IMG/VR virus record: IMGVR_UViG_3300042879_006196
Location: 62,001 to 126,000 of that record
Strand: one strand, 5' to 3'
Length of the DNA: 64,000 nt
Shown here: positions 36,183 to 46,625 of the stretch, piece after piece
Layout of the letters: every line of letters starts with the position of its first letter
Position numbering within the stretch: the stretch's first letter is position 1
The notes under the pieces: generated by a model
Told to the model about the DNA's origin: nothing
The model's database searches: none
What the model saw: only the letters and a program-made list of their open reading frames with translations
Position numbers and translations under genes: made by a program

Positions 36183-36819
36183 AATCAATTCTTTATCAAA
36201 TCAAGTTTCTTTAGCAAAAGGAGTGAAAGACAGAATTGTCGTTCAAACTAATAATTTAAAAACAAAAATTGATGCAGATGTTTTAGATGCCAAAAATAAA
36301 AAAGATGCTTATCTTTTACTTTTGGGTTTTGTTGCACACAGAAGAGAGAGTGCGATTAAATCTATTGAGAACACAGGCACACATGCTCTCAGGGCAATTT
36401 ATGAAGATGATAGGTCTTTAGTATTTTTGAAAAATGAAGAAAAAAAGAATTCCGCTGCTTTTAAAATGGAAGTGGGAATTGAATCTAATCTAGAATCTAC
36501 ACGAATTATCACTGGATTAAAAGATGAACGAGGCGGAGGCGTTTGTGAATCATCATCCTTTGCTTTAAGATTTGCCGCTCTGGAATGGCTAAAATATTCA
36601 GGTCCAATGCTTTTGGATGAATCTTTTAGATCTATGTCTTCTGACGAAAAAATTAGTAATGTTGCAAAATTTATGAGACGATACATTGACTCTACAGATC
36701 GTCAAATATTTTTTGCCACTCACATGCATGATGTATTTGCAGATTATGCAGATCATATTATTTTTGTTAATCAAAATGATGGAGTATCACAGGTAAACAC
36801 TCAAGATGAAACAGACTGA
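36145..36819 (+). CDS. SbcC/Rad50-like ATPase, C-terminal half
   Basis: Signature-like ERGGG, Walker B LLDE, H-loop ATH. Confidence 0.8.
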   Translation: MKLSPNLQKLNAKINSLSNQVSLAKGVKDRIVVQTNNLKTKIDADVLDAKNKKDAYLLLLGFVAHRRESAIKSIENTGTHALRAIYEDDRSLVFLKNEEKKNSAAFKMEVGIESNLESTRIITGLKDERGGGVCESSSFALRFAALEWLKYSGPMLLDESFRSMSSDEKISNVAKFMRRYIDSTDRQIFFATHMHDVFADYADHIIFVNQNDGVSQVNTQDETD

Positions 36820-37492
36820 AGAAAAAATCATCAATATTTTAAATAAGTGGTATGATAATCTTACTCCATTGGAGGAAGAAGATTTCATAAAATATGAGTT
36901 TACTAAAACTAAGTTCAGAACAAAATATTTAATGAGAACTGGTGAATTTCTTAAAATTACAAAAAGATTAGAAGCAATTACGTTTAACAACATTTGTACT
37001 GGTCTTTCAAAAAATTATACTGTAACAGAAGATTTACTTGATCAATATTTAGAGTGGTGCTTTGACAATTATGATTTCTTTTCCAAAAAATACAAAGGTT
37101 TTAGCCTTGCTTCATGTGCTGCGTTTGCTTCTGAATGGGACATAAATTTTTTGAATTTCAAATTTGCAGATAAGCTTTCTCTCAAAGATTTAGATGGCTT
37201 AGAAGTGGGTAAAAATATTTTTTATTGTTTTGAAAAATATGGTATTGCCTTAGCAGCTACAAAATTAATGCAAGAAAAAAACGCTGATCGCAAAAGTTTA
37301 GAAAATGTAATTATTAAAAAATTAGAATCTTTGACTACAAACAAAGAAGATTTAAATAAATTAAAAAATATGTTGCGTACAACAGTAGAAAATGCGCCCT
37401 ATAGTTCAGAAGTATTATTTTGGAATTACGGAAATTCTTTTTCAGAATTATTCCTTTATTTCAAAAATGAACCTTGGTGCCCTAAATGTTGA
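36806..37492 (+). CDS. Hypothetical protein
   Basis: ORF in the operon. Confidence 0.7.
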   Translation: MKQTEEKIINILNKWYDNLTPLEEEDFIKYEFTKTKFRTKYLMRTGEFLKITKRLEAITFNNICTGLSKNYTVTEDLLDQYLEWCFDNYDFFSKKYKGFSLASCAAFASEWDINFLNFKFADKLSLKDLDGLEVGKNIFYCFEKYGIALAATKLMQEKNADRKSLENVIIKKLESLTTNKEDLNKLKNMLRTTVENAPYSSEVLFWNYGNSFSELFLYFKNEPWCPKC

Positions 37493-39090
37493 AATCAGAT
37501 GAATACAAATTAGAGTTAGAAAATCAAATTAAATCAAATCGTTCTTTAATTTACATCACTACACATGAGGAGCATAGAGTTGATGATTCAATTCAATCAA
37601 TTGCTTGTAACAGATCAAAGCCTTGGTCGTTTGTTTACTGGGACATTTCATCTGGAGGCATTACTAATTCAAACTCATTCAAAATAGATCCAAACTTAGA
37701 TCAAACAGAAATCTTAGATTGGTTTCAAAAGTTAATTGTAGAAAAAGATGATTTTTGTATATTAGTGTTACATGATTTTTACAAGTTCTTAGCACCTGAG
37801 GGTCATCCTGGTCAAGTAGAAATAGTTACCATAAGAGCTTTAAAAAATTTAGTAGAAAAATGCAACACTGAAAGAAAATGTGTAATTATCACAGGTGCAA
37901 AATATTTTCTCCCCATAGAATTTGAAAAGTTAGTATGTTTATTGGATTGGCCTTTGCCTGAGAAAGAGCTTATCAATGAAAAAGTTCTTTCAATTGTTAA
38001 TCAGGTAAAAAAAAGAACTGAATTAAAAACTTTCAAAACAGAATATAACCATGATGAAATTGAAAATATAACTAGAGCTTTTCAAGGGCTTTCTTTGAGA
38101 GAAGTGGAAATGATTTGCACTTATTTTATTTTAACTGAAAATGAATTTTGCCCAAAAAAAATTGCGTCTAAAAAACAAGACATAATAAAACAATCTGGAA
38201 TTTTAGAATGGATTGAATTAGAGTTTGATCTAAGCAAAGTGGGTGGCTTAGCTAATTTGAAAAATTGGCTTGTTAAAAGAAAACACGCTTTTTCTGACGT
38301 TGCAATTGATTATGGTTTGCCAGCTAATCCCAAAGGCTTAATGATTATAGGAATTCAAGGTGCAGGTAAATCACAAGTTTCAAAAGCAATCGCATCTTTT
38401 TGGCAGTTGCCTTTGTTGAGGCTGGACGTAGGCAGGGTTTTTAGTGGAATTGTAGGAAGTTCAGAAGAGAACCTTCGTAGTGTGATCAAAACAGCAGAGT
38501 CTGTTGCACCATGTATAATGTGGGTAGACGAAATTGATAAAGCGTTTTCTAACATCGGTAATACAGGAGATTCAGGAACGTCTTCGAGAATTTTTGGAAC
38601 TTTTTTGACATGGATGCAAGAAAAAAAGTCTCCTGTATTTGTTGTAGCTACAGCAAACGTGGTAGCAAACATTCCGCCTGAATTAATAAGGAAAGGGAGA
38701 TTTGATGACATTTTTTTTGTTGACCTTCCAGATGATGAAGAAAGAAAAGAAATTTGGTCAATTCATTTAGAACAAAGAAATTTTAATATCGAAAATTTTG
38801 ATTTAAAAAAGCTTGTTTCCAACTCTGAAGGTTTTACAGGTGCTGAGATTGAAGCCGCGATTGTTTCTGCAATGTATGAAGGTTTTTCTGACAACAAAAG
38901 ACCAATAAATTCCGTAGATATTATTAAAGAACTAAAAGAATCGGTACCTATTTACATAACCATGAAAGAGAAAATTGAAGAGTTAAGAGATTGGGCAAGT
39001 AAAAGAGCCAGAAATGCTTCAAAATCTAAAAATGTAGTGATCTTGAAGGATTATGTACCGACGAACAATATCGAAGAAGAAGAATTATGA
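37486..39090 (+). CDS. Ycf46-like AAA+ ATPase
   Basis: GIQGAGKS, WVDEIDK, PPELIRKGRFD and FTGAEIE motifs. Confidence 0.88.
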   Translation: MLKSDEYKLELENQIKSNRSLIYITTHEEHRVDDSIQSIACNRSKPWSFVYWDISSGGITNSNSFKIDPNLDQTEILDWFQKLIVEKDDFCILVLHDFYKFLAPEGHPGQVEIVTIRALKNLVEKCNTERKCVIITGAKYFLPIEFEKLVCLLDWPLPEKELINEKVLSIVNQVKKRTELKTFKTEYNHDEIENITRAFQGLSLREVEMICTYFILTENEFCPKKIASKKQDIIKQSGILEWIELEFDLSKVGGLANLKNWLVKRKHAFSDVAIDYGLPANPKGLMIIGIQGAGKSQVSKAIASFWQLPLLRLDVGRVFSGIVGSSEENLRSVIKTAESVAPCIMWVDEIDKAFSNIGNTGDSGTSSRIFGTFLTWMQEKKSPVFVVATANVVANIPPELIRKGRFDDIFFVDLPDDEERKEIWSIHLEQRNFNIENFDLKKLVSNSEGFTGAEIEAAIVSAMYEGFSDNKRPINSVDIIKELKESVPIYITMKEKIEELRDWASKRARNASKSKNVVILKDYVPTNNIEEEEL

Positions 39091-39800
39091 ACACCAGTCC
39101 TATTTATGACAATCCAGATTTACAAAAGATAGATTTTAAAAACAAGTTGAGAAGATTGTATACCTCATCTGGTATTCCTAAAAAATACCATTTTTGTACT
39201 ATGGAAACTGATTGGTCAGTTACCTACTCACCTAAAGGAAAACTTACAGGTGTGGCAAAAAAAAGAAGTGAATCAATTTATCAATTTGTTGTCAATTATA
39301 TCATGGCATTGGACAGCATTATTAATGGGCAAGGCATGAAAGTTAAGTTCAAAGACTCTGTAGTTTTTGTGTCAGACTTAATTTTGGATGGGACAAAATC
39401 TTCAGGAAAAACTTTTTTACTTTCAATGATTGCTCAGTCTGCAATTAACAATGGGCATACCACAAAATTTGTTGAATGGTCAGATTATTTAGATAGATTT
39501 CAATCGTTTGAAGCCAGAAAAGTACATGAAGATTTTTTTAATGATTGTCTTGATGTAGATTTTTTAATCTTTGATTCAATCTTTCAATATGACATAAACA
39601 ATAAGTTTTTTGCAGTGCAATTAGATAGACTTATTACAACTAGGCTTAATGCTGGAAAAATTACAATTTGCTCAATAGATACAGTTAGTAATCAAAATCC
39701 AGTTTTTGGTTTTATGTGGAATAAGTTCACACGCGAAACTTTTACTTTTAAATTGCCAGAGGCTTCACTAACAAATGAAAATAAATCAAAGAGAACTTGA
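39087..39800 (+). CDS. DnaC/IstB-like helicase loader
   Basis: SGIP.KY, GTKSSGKT and LIFD motifs; adjacent to the helicase. Confidence 0.65.
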   Translation: MNTSPIYDNPDLQKIDFKNKLRRLYTSSGIPKKYHFCTMETDWSVTYSPKGKLTGVAKKRSESIYQFVVNYIMALDSIINGQGMKVKFKDSVVFVSDLILDGTKSSGKTFLLSMIAQSAINNGHTTKFVEWSDYLDRFQSFEARKVHEDFFNDCLDVDFLIFDSIFQYDINNKFFAVQLDRLITTRLNAGKITICSIDTVSNQNPVFGFMWNKFTRETFTFKLPEASLTNENKSKRT

Positions 39801-41274
39801 ATTCAAAATTTTAAAATGCATCACAACTTATGATGGTGCAGTAGATATAGCTATAGAAAAGGCTCTTCAAGAGTATCACTTCCTGACAAAAGAACCAGGT
39901 GCTGATATTTCTTTAACAGGGAAACTTTTTAAATTATGCCACGAATATTCAAAAGATTCGGGCGGATATAAAATTACAGAAACTGTTTTAGAAAGTTTAC
40001 TTCTAAGAAAAGGCGTAAAGCCACAAACTCAGGCAAAGTTTTTGAATTTGTGGTTAGAAATAGCTGATGAAGAAACTTCAAAAGATGAACTGCCACACTT
40101 AGTTGATTTGATCAAAGATAGATATTGTGTCAAATTGCAAACTGAAATGGTTGATAAAATGGCAGAGTATGTCCAGAATGATCAAATTAAAGACTCAATT
40201 GCTTTAATTACAGATTATGTTAATGCAATGACTCAGGAGCAAGATGAGTTCTCTAAAGATAAAGTTGAATTCAACATGTCTGAAGCCAGCACTTTCTTCT
40301 TTGAAGAATATGATAACAGGGCAGCAAATATGGACTTGTTCAAAGGGATAAATTGTGGTTTATCTCAAATTGACCAAAAGACTTTTGGTTTTATGCCATC
40401 ACAATTAGTTTGTCTTCTTGCTCCAAGCTCTGGAGGTAAATCAGTGCAGTTGCTTAACTGGGCAGACCATGCACACAGAGTTTGTAAAAAAAATGTTCTT
40501 TACTTCTCTTTTGAAATGTCTTCATGGCTGTGTAAGCTTAGACACGCATCATTGATTTCACAAGTTGATTATAGTAGACTTAAAAGTATTTCTATCTCAC
40601 CAAGTGAAAGAGAAAAACTAGAAAAATCTTTCAAAGAGATTGACAATGGAAAATATTTTGAGTACATGGAAGCCATTGAAGACCCAACCCCTGAATTTAT
40701 TGAGCAAAAAATAAGAGAAATTACTGCAACTAAAGGTAAACCAGATCTAGTCGTAGCTGATTATATCGGCAACATGACAACACGATCTACAAGCAAAAAT
40801 GCAAAACACTGGGAAAAAAATGGGGATGCTGCCGAAGGCTTGTTCAAGGTAGCCAAAAGATATGGTATTCCAATTTTGACAGCTCAGCAAATCAACAGAG
40901 ACTCAATTAAAGAAAATAGAAAAAGAAAAGAAGATGGTAAAGCATCTGCATATTATCAAGACGCCGCTTCTGGTGACCAAAGGTTGATGCACTTGTCTAC
41001 TTATGTTATAGGAATGGAGCCAAACAAGGAAGATCAACTTTGCAAGTACTACCCTGTAAAAATGCGAGATGCATGGTTTAAGCCCTTTGATGCTAGATGG
41101 ATACCTGAATATAATAAGGTGGAAGAACTCACTGATTCTGAGCAATCTGCATTAGATTTAATTAGCAATGCCGATGTGAAAAATTATGAAAGCACCAACA
41201 CCAAAAAAACTTATAATAATTTTGAAAATATAGAAACAGATCTTTCAAATTGGACGGAAAATTTTGATTTTTGA
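39775..41274 (+). CDS. dnaB: DnaB-like replicative helicase
   Basis: APSSGGKS, FSFEM, VADY and AQQINR motifs. Confidence 0.85.
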   Translation: MKINQRELEFKILKCITTYDGAVDIAIEKALQEYHFLTKEPGADISLTGKLFKLCHEYSKDSGGYKITETVLESLLLRKGVKPQTQAKFLNLWLEIADEETSKDELPHLVDLIKDRYCVKLQTEMVDKMAEYVQNDQIKDSIALITDYVNAMTQEQDEFSKDKVEFNMSEASTFFFEEYDNRAANMDLFKGINCGLSQIDQKTFGFMPSQLVCLLAPSSGGKSVQLLNWADHAHRVCKKNVLYFSFEMSSWLCKLRHASLISQVDYSRLKSISISPSEREKLEKSFKEIDNGKYFEYMEAIEDPTPEFIEQKIREITATKGKPDLVVADYIGNMTTRSTSKNAKHWEKNGDAAEGLFKVAKRYGIPILTAQQINRDSIKENRKRKEDGKASAYYQDAASGDQRLMHLSTYVIGMEPNKEDQLCKYYPVKMRDAWFKPFDARWIPEYNKVEELTDSEQSALDLISNADVKNYESTNTKKTYNNFENIETDLSNWTENFDF

Positions 41275-41785
41275 TTATAATGATTTAAATACGATGTTTC
41301 ATGCCGATGCATGGTTGGAGGAAAATTTTGGATGTGAATTTTATAAATCATCTAATGGGAACCTTATGTGTTCATGCCCTTTTGATGATCATGCTGATAC
41401 AAGTCCTTCATTTGGAGTGCATTTAGAGAAAGGCTTATTCAAATGTTTTGGTTGTGGTCGTGAAGGATCTTTAATTACCTTGGTTTCAGAGTTGATGAAA
41501 GTAAATTTTTTTCAAGCTGTAAATATTATTGCTACTTTCGAAGGATTGAATTTAGATAATATAGATTCTTTAACAGCAAAAAATGAAAAGTTTAAAAAAG
41601 CTCTTATGGAATCAAGTAATGAAGAAAATAAATTGACTAAACTTATTCAAAAGGCTACAATTAAAATAAAAAAAACAATGAAAACAGATTTTTACAAAGC
41701 TGATGACATGTATAAATTAATGGATGAATACATTGAGCAACAAAATTATGATGCTCTGAAGGAGATTATAAATGGAACAGCTTGA
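41264..41785 (+). CDS. Stand-alone CHC2 zinc-finger domain of DnaG primase
   Basis: CPFDDH.D..PSF......FKCFGC. Confidence 0.8.
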   Translation: MIFDYNDLNTMFHADAWLEENFGCEFYKSSNGNLMCSCPFDDHADTSPSFGVHLEKGLFKCFGCGREGSLITLVSELMKVNFFQAVNIIATFEGLNLDNIDSLTAKNEKFKKALMESSNEENKLTKLIQKATIKIKKTMKTDFYKADDMYKLMDEYIEQQNYDALKEIINGTA

Positions 41786-42065
41786 AGATGCTTTAGGAAA
41801 AAAAATAATTGATGCACAAACCTTGGAGATCATTCAAGAACGAGTTAAGTATCACACGGAAAATCCTCCAAATATGATTTGTGTAAATGTTGTTTTAAAT
41901 GGCGTGGCAGCTTTGAAACACATAATTTGTAAGGAAATAATCATGAACGCAGCAAATGTAAGCGAACAAGAAGCAGATTGGTATATTTTAAGAGCTGGCT
42001 CTGAAAGAGAGTTATCACGCTTAGCAACTATCGGGGTGGTGATGAACTCTGGTGATGAACTCTGA
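41772..42065 (+). CDS. Hypothetical protein
   Basis: AGGAG SD; ORF. Confidence 0.65.
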   Translation: MEQLEDALGKKIIDAQTLEIIQERVKYHTENPPNMICVNVVLNGVAALKHIICKEIIMNAANVSEQEADWYILRAGSERELSRLATIGVVMNSGDEL

Positions 42066-42661
42066 TGATGAAGTTTGATGTAGAATTGTGTAAATTTGCT
42101 TTAAAAAACAATTTACATGTTGAATATTTCATTTGGGTTTACCTTAGAAGTTTGAACTCTACAGGCTTACACAATCTGGACTTCCCATACAACAAGAGAT
42201 TTTCAAAATCTTGTTTTGAAAGAAAGCTAAAATCAAATCTTTTTTATAAAATTTCTGGAAATAAGATTGTGTTAACAAGCTCAAAAAATCTGCCATTTTT
42301 TTATAAATCGAAAAAATATTCATTTGATATAAGTGTTTTGAATCTTTTTGCCAGAAAAAATTCTTCAACATCTGATAAAATAATTGTTGGATGGACAAGT
42401 ACAAATATAAAATATCTTTTAATTTGTTTGGTGGGCTGCCAATATGATAGTAAAAAACCTTACGCTTTAGAGCTGATAAGTGAAGATACTGGTCAAGCTA
42501 TTTCTACAATTCAAAGAGCCTTAAAAAATCTTTTTGTTCACAGATATAACTTGCCTCAAGGTAATCCCAGCCCACGTTCTTATTTGTATCAAAACAAAAG
42601 TGTGAATCTATCAGCAAATTATAATCAATTTTTGCTGGGAAAAAACACTTCAATTAATTAA
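42065..42661 (+). CDS. Basic protein with possible C-terminal HTH
   Basis: LELISEDTGQAISTIQRAL. Confidence 0.55.
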   Translation: MMKFDVELCKFALKNNLHVEYFIWVYLRSLNSTGLHNLDFPYNKRFSKSCFERKLKSNLFYKISGNKIVLTSSKNLPFFYKSKKYSFDISVLNLFARKNSSTSDKIIVGWTSTNIKYLLICLVGCQYDSKKPYALELISEDTGQAISTIQRALKNLFVHRYNLPQGNPSPRSYLYQNKSVNLSANYNQFLLGKNTSIN

Positions 42662-42683
42662 TAATTGCCGTATATTGATATAT

Positions 42684-45600
42684 ATGTGTAACAATAAAGA
42701 CTTCGTGCATTTGCATTGCCACACTCATTACAGTGTTCAAGATGCCCTCCCTACGCCTGAAAAATTGATTTTAGGAGCAAAGGCACAAGGTTTTACATCT
42801 ATTGCTATCACTGATCACGGAAAAATGGCAGGTCATTTTGAATTTGCTGATGCTGCTCATAAAAACAATATTAAACCCATATTAGGATGTGAATTTTATT
42901 TAGCAAAAGATAGATATGATAAAAGCAATTTAGCTGCAGATGGAACAAAAAAAGGTAGAGAAAAATTATCTCACCTTACGATTCTTGCTCAAAATAAAGA
43001 AGGATATAAAAATATTCTACAACTAGGCTATGAGGCTTCAAATCCAGATTGTTATTATTATTTTCCAAGAATTGATTTTGATTATCTTGCCAAATACAGC
43101 GAGGGTTTAATTTGTTTGTCAGGTTGCCTTGCATCAGAATTAAATCAAGCTTTATTAAAAGGTTCTTACGAAGATGGGCTTAGGGTAGCTAAAAAATATA
43201 AAGAAGTGTTTGGAGATCGTTATTTTATTGAGCTTCAGTATCATGGTATTGAAGAACAAAAACACAATCTTCCATCGCTGGTTAAGATTGCCAAAGATTT
43301 AGATATTCGCACTGTGGCGTCCAATGATGTGCACTACGTGGAAGCTATGGATTGGAAACTGCATGACGTATTGATTCAAATGAAAGATTTGCGAGATGAT
43401 AAAGGCTCTAAAAATCAAGGAAAGAAAGAAGCGTATGGATCGCACCAATTCTGGTTAAAATCTTATGATGATATGTATAGAATTTTCGGAGGAAAAGTGC
43501 CAGAATCACTTTCCAATACTAAGCTCATTGAAGAGATGGTAGAGGATTATTATGAAGTAGATTTGCCCCACTTGCTTCCAGAAGGAAAGATTGATACAGA
43601 AAATAAATCATTTGTAAATTTTTGGCAATCAAAACTTCCACACCATGAATCCAAAGAAGCATATTTGGCTTATCAAGGATTTGTTGGACTAAAAAATCTA
43701 GGTTTAGATAAAAACCCCGAATATATAAAAAGACTAAAATATGAAATTGAAACTATTTGGTATATGGGTGTAACAGATTATTTCTTAATTCAAAAAGAAA
43801 TGGTCAATTACATGAATGAGAAAAACATTTTATTTGGAGTGAGAGGTTCAGGAGTTGGATCACTGTTAAATTATTGTTTAGGTGTGTCTTCTGCTGATCC
43901 AATAAAATTCGGCTTAATGTTTGAGCGATTTTTAAATCCTGGCAGAGGAAATCAATACAAAATAGACTTCGAAACCTTCAATGATATTGATGAAAATATA
44001 GATGAAATTGAAGCTAAAAATTGGATAAAAGAACAATGTAAGGTGTTTCTTGAAAACCCAGAAAATAATCAATATGAATCAAGAATTTCTAGAGAACTTT
44101 GGATTTTAGAAAACCAAAAAGCATTAATTAAGTTGATGAGTGCATCAAAGAAAGGTCATAAACTAAAACAAAATTCTTCCAACTTTATTACATTTTTTGT
44201 TGCTGGTATTGCAAATGAAATTCCTACAGGCGAATTAATTATCACTAAAGTTTCAGGTCTGCCTGACATTGATACTGACATTGATGACTCAAAAAGACAA
44301 GAAGTGATTGAGTGGGCTAAATTGAGATTTGGCGAAGATAATGTTAAAGCTGTTGGCACATGGGGTACATATAAAGCTAAAGCATCAATTCTTGGTACAT
44401 TAAAAACATCAGAAAAGTTCAAAAAACAATATGGTGACAATTTGGCACAAATGGCACTGAAAGTTTCAGGTGCAATACCTAATAAGCCTGATATGACAAT
44501 AAAACAGGCTATTAAAGATAGCCCTGATTTTGCATATTGGGCTGGTAGATTCAAGGAAGAAACAGAAAATGCAGAAAAACTGCATGGGACAATTTCAAAT
44601 TTAGGTGTACACGCCGCCGCTGTAGTTGTGTCAAAAAAACCTATTCATCATGTTTTGCCAGTTGAAAATTCTAAAGGCACTATGTGTACAGCTTTCGATA
44701 TGTCAAATGTTGAGAGAACAGGAACAATCAAATATGACTACCTTGGACTTGCTACATATAGACAAATTTCTTTAGCTAAAAAACTCATCAAACAGAGACA
44801 CGATGTTGAAATTGATCTACTGAAAATTGAGCTTGATGATGCAAAAGTTTTCAAATCGGTTTTTACAAAAGGAAACACAGTATCTATTTTTCAGTTTGCA
44901 AGTGCTGGTATGCAAAAAGTGCTGAAAGAAGTAAAAGCTTCTAGCATGGATGATTTAATTGCAGTGGCTGCTCTATATCGTCCAGGTCCCTTAGATTATA
45001 TCCAAGATTATGCCAGAGGAAAATTCAATCCTAGCTCTGTTAAATACTGTCATCCAATGGTTGAAAAACATCTTGCACCTACTTATGGAATTATGGTTTA
45101 CCAGGAACAAGCAATGTTTTTGGCTCGTGAAATGGCAAATTTAGATTGGATCGAAGTAGATAAATTAAGAAAAGGTATCGCTAAGAAATCTGGTAAGCAA
45201 TTTGATGAAGCTTGTGAAAACTTTGCTAAAAAAGCATCTGAAAGAGGCGTTGCAGGCAACGTTATCAAAGAAGTGTTGCAATTAATGTCTAAATTTGGTG
45301 GATATGCATTCAATAAAAGTCATGCTTGTATGTACGCAATTGTTGCTTATTGGACTGCATATCTTAAAACTTATTATCCTGCAGAATGGATGGCATCATG
45401 TATTGAATCAGACAAAGATGACACAGACAAGCTTGATATTTATCTTACAGAATGCGAAAGATTGGGCTTGGTCATTCAAGAGCCAAATGTTAATGAATCT
45501 GACATATTTACCACTGTATCTGAAGATGGAAAAATTTGTCTTCCAATTACATCTTTGAAAGGAGTGGGCAATAGTGGTAGCAGTATTGTGGAAAATAAAC

Positions 45601-45890
45601 CTTACAAAGGCTTAACAGATTTCGTTGAAAGGTCTGGTTGCAATAAATCTTTATTTGTTGCTTTATCAGCAGGAGGCGCTTTAAACTGTTTAATTAATGA
45701 AAAAGATATAGATGAAGAGGACTTTTTAGATTTTTGGTTGGAATATTCCAAATCAAAAGCAAAAACTAAGAAAAAAACCACTGCAATCAACGTAAATTTA
45801 AATACAATGAGTTTGCTTGAGATAAGAAATATTTCACAAAAAAATAATTCAAATGGCTCAGACTTACTTTCAATGTTGGATGAACTATGA
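42684..45890 (+). CDS. dnaE: DNA polymerase III alpha subunit
   Basis: PHP HLHCHTHYS and TDHG; RGSG.GS; PDIDTD; KYDYLGL; FGGYAFNKSH. Confidence 0.95.
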   Translation: MCNNKDFVHLHCHTHYSVQDALPTPEKLILGAKAQGFTSIAITDHGKMAGHFEFADAAHKNNIKPILGCEFYLAKDRYDKSNLAADGTKKGREKLSHLTILAQNKEGYKNILQLGYEASNPDCYYYFPRIDFDYLAKYSEGLICLSGCLASELNQALLKGSYEDGLRVAKKYKEVFGDRYFIELQYHGIEEQKHNLPSLVKIAKDLDIRTVASNDVHYVEAMDWKLHDVLIQMKDLRDDKGSKNQGKKEAYGSHQFWLKSYDDMYRIFGGKVPESLSNTKLIEEMVEDYYEVDLPHLLPEGKIDTENKSFVNFWQSKLPHHESKEAYLAYQGFVGLKNLGLDKNPEYIKRLKYEIETIWYMGVTDYFLIQKEMVNYMNEKNILFGVRGSGVGSLLNYCLGVSSADPIKFGLMFERFLNPGRGNQYKIDFETFNDIDENIDEIEAKNWIKEQCKVFLENPENNQYESRISRELWILENQKALIKLMSASKKGHKLKQNSSNFITFFVAGIANEIPTGELIITKVSGLPDIDTDIDDSKRQEVIEWAKLRFGEDNVKAVGTWGTYKAKASILGTLKTSEKFKKQYGDNLAQMALKVSGAIPNKPDMTIKQAIKDSPDFAYWAGRFKEETENAEKLHGTISNLGVHAAAVVVSKKPIHHVLPVENSKGTMCTAFDMSNVERTGTIKYDYLGLATYRQISLAKKLIKQRHDVEIDLLKIELDDAKVFKSVFTKGNTVSIFQFASAGMQKVLKEVKASSMDDLIAVAALYRPGPLDYIQDYARGKFNPSSVKYCHPMVEKHLAPTYGIMVYQEQAMFLAREMANLDWIEVDKLRKGIAKKSGKQFDEACENFAKKASERGVAGNVIKEVLQLMSKFGGYAFNKSHACMYAIVAYWTAYLKTYYPAEWMASCIESDKDDTDKLDIYLTECERLGLVIQEPNVNESDIFTTVSEDGKICLPITSLKGVGNSGSSIVENKPYKGLTDFVERSGCNKSLFVALSAGGALNCLINEKDIDEEDFLDFWLEYSKSKAKTKKKTTAINVNLNTMSLLEIRNISQKNNSNGSDLLSMLDEL

Positions 45891-46570
45891 TAGAAGATAC
45901 AAATTTTATAGATAAGTTTTTAGATTGGGAAAAGTTTGATGCTACTTCTCAAATCTCAAAAAGAATAAATGGTGTAACCAAAGAAGCAGTGATTGATGAA
46001 GTCACAATTTGGGAGAAAACCATTAAAACAATGATCCCTCTTGATTATCAAGAAATTCATAAAGAAATATCCTCTTGGGATATTTCAGTTCCAAGTGCGC
46101 ATGCTCTCACATATGAAAATATCGCTTCCACTTATGCTAGGCTTGTTTCATACAAGCTAAGAGTAAGCAATCTCTTATCAGCTGCAAAAGCTTGGAGAGA
46201 TACTGCAGAAACTGGCATGAAATATGTGGAAGAACTTGCACAGGGTGCTTTTACAGGCACTGCTGTTGAAAAGAAAGCAAATGCCGCTTATGTAGTACAG
46301 CCTTTTGTTCACCTAAAAGTCCATGCGAGCAGATTAGAAAATTATTTGGAGAAAATACACTCCTCAATAATGTTTTGTGCTCAGCAAATTGATTTGCTTA
46401 TAAAAGAAAAACAATCTATAGCCAAATTAAATTTCAAACTTGGTCAAGAAGGCGAATTAGTCATTTCAAATCAAACTTCATACAATGAAGAAGAGGAAGT
46501 GATTGAAGAAGATGGGGAAATCTGGACTCCCATACAAAAAAGTAACAGAAACCAAAAACATTCGAGATAA
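45887..46570 (+). CDS. Helical hypothetical protein (possible recombination mediator)
   Basis: ORF between dnaE and ssb/recA; function inferred from position only. Confidence 0.5.
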   Translation: MIEDTNFIDKFLDWEKFDATSQISKRINGVTKEAVIDEVTIWEKTIKTMIPLDYQEIHKEISSWDISVPSAHALTYENIASTYARLVSYKLRVSNLLSAAKAWRDTAETGMKYVEELAQGAFTGTAVEKKANAAYVVQPFVHLKVHASRLENYLEKIHSSIMFCAQQIDLLIKEKQSIAKLNFKLGQEGELVISNQTSYNEEEEVIEEDGEIWTPIQKSNRNQKHSR

Positions 46571-46625
46571 TTTTAAATAATTTTCACGATAATTAAATTG
46601 ACTTATTAAGTCCAAAAGGAAAAAT

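Noticed and set aside
43947-44255. Intein in DnaE
   Set aside because: No N-terminal Cys/Ser block, no His-Asn C-terminus and no LAGLIDADG motifs
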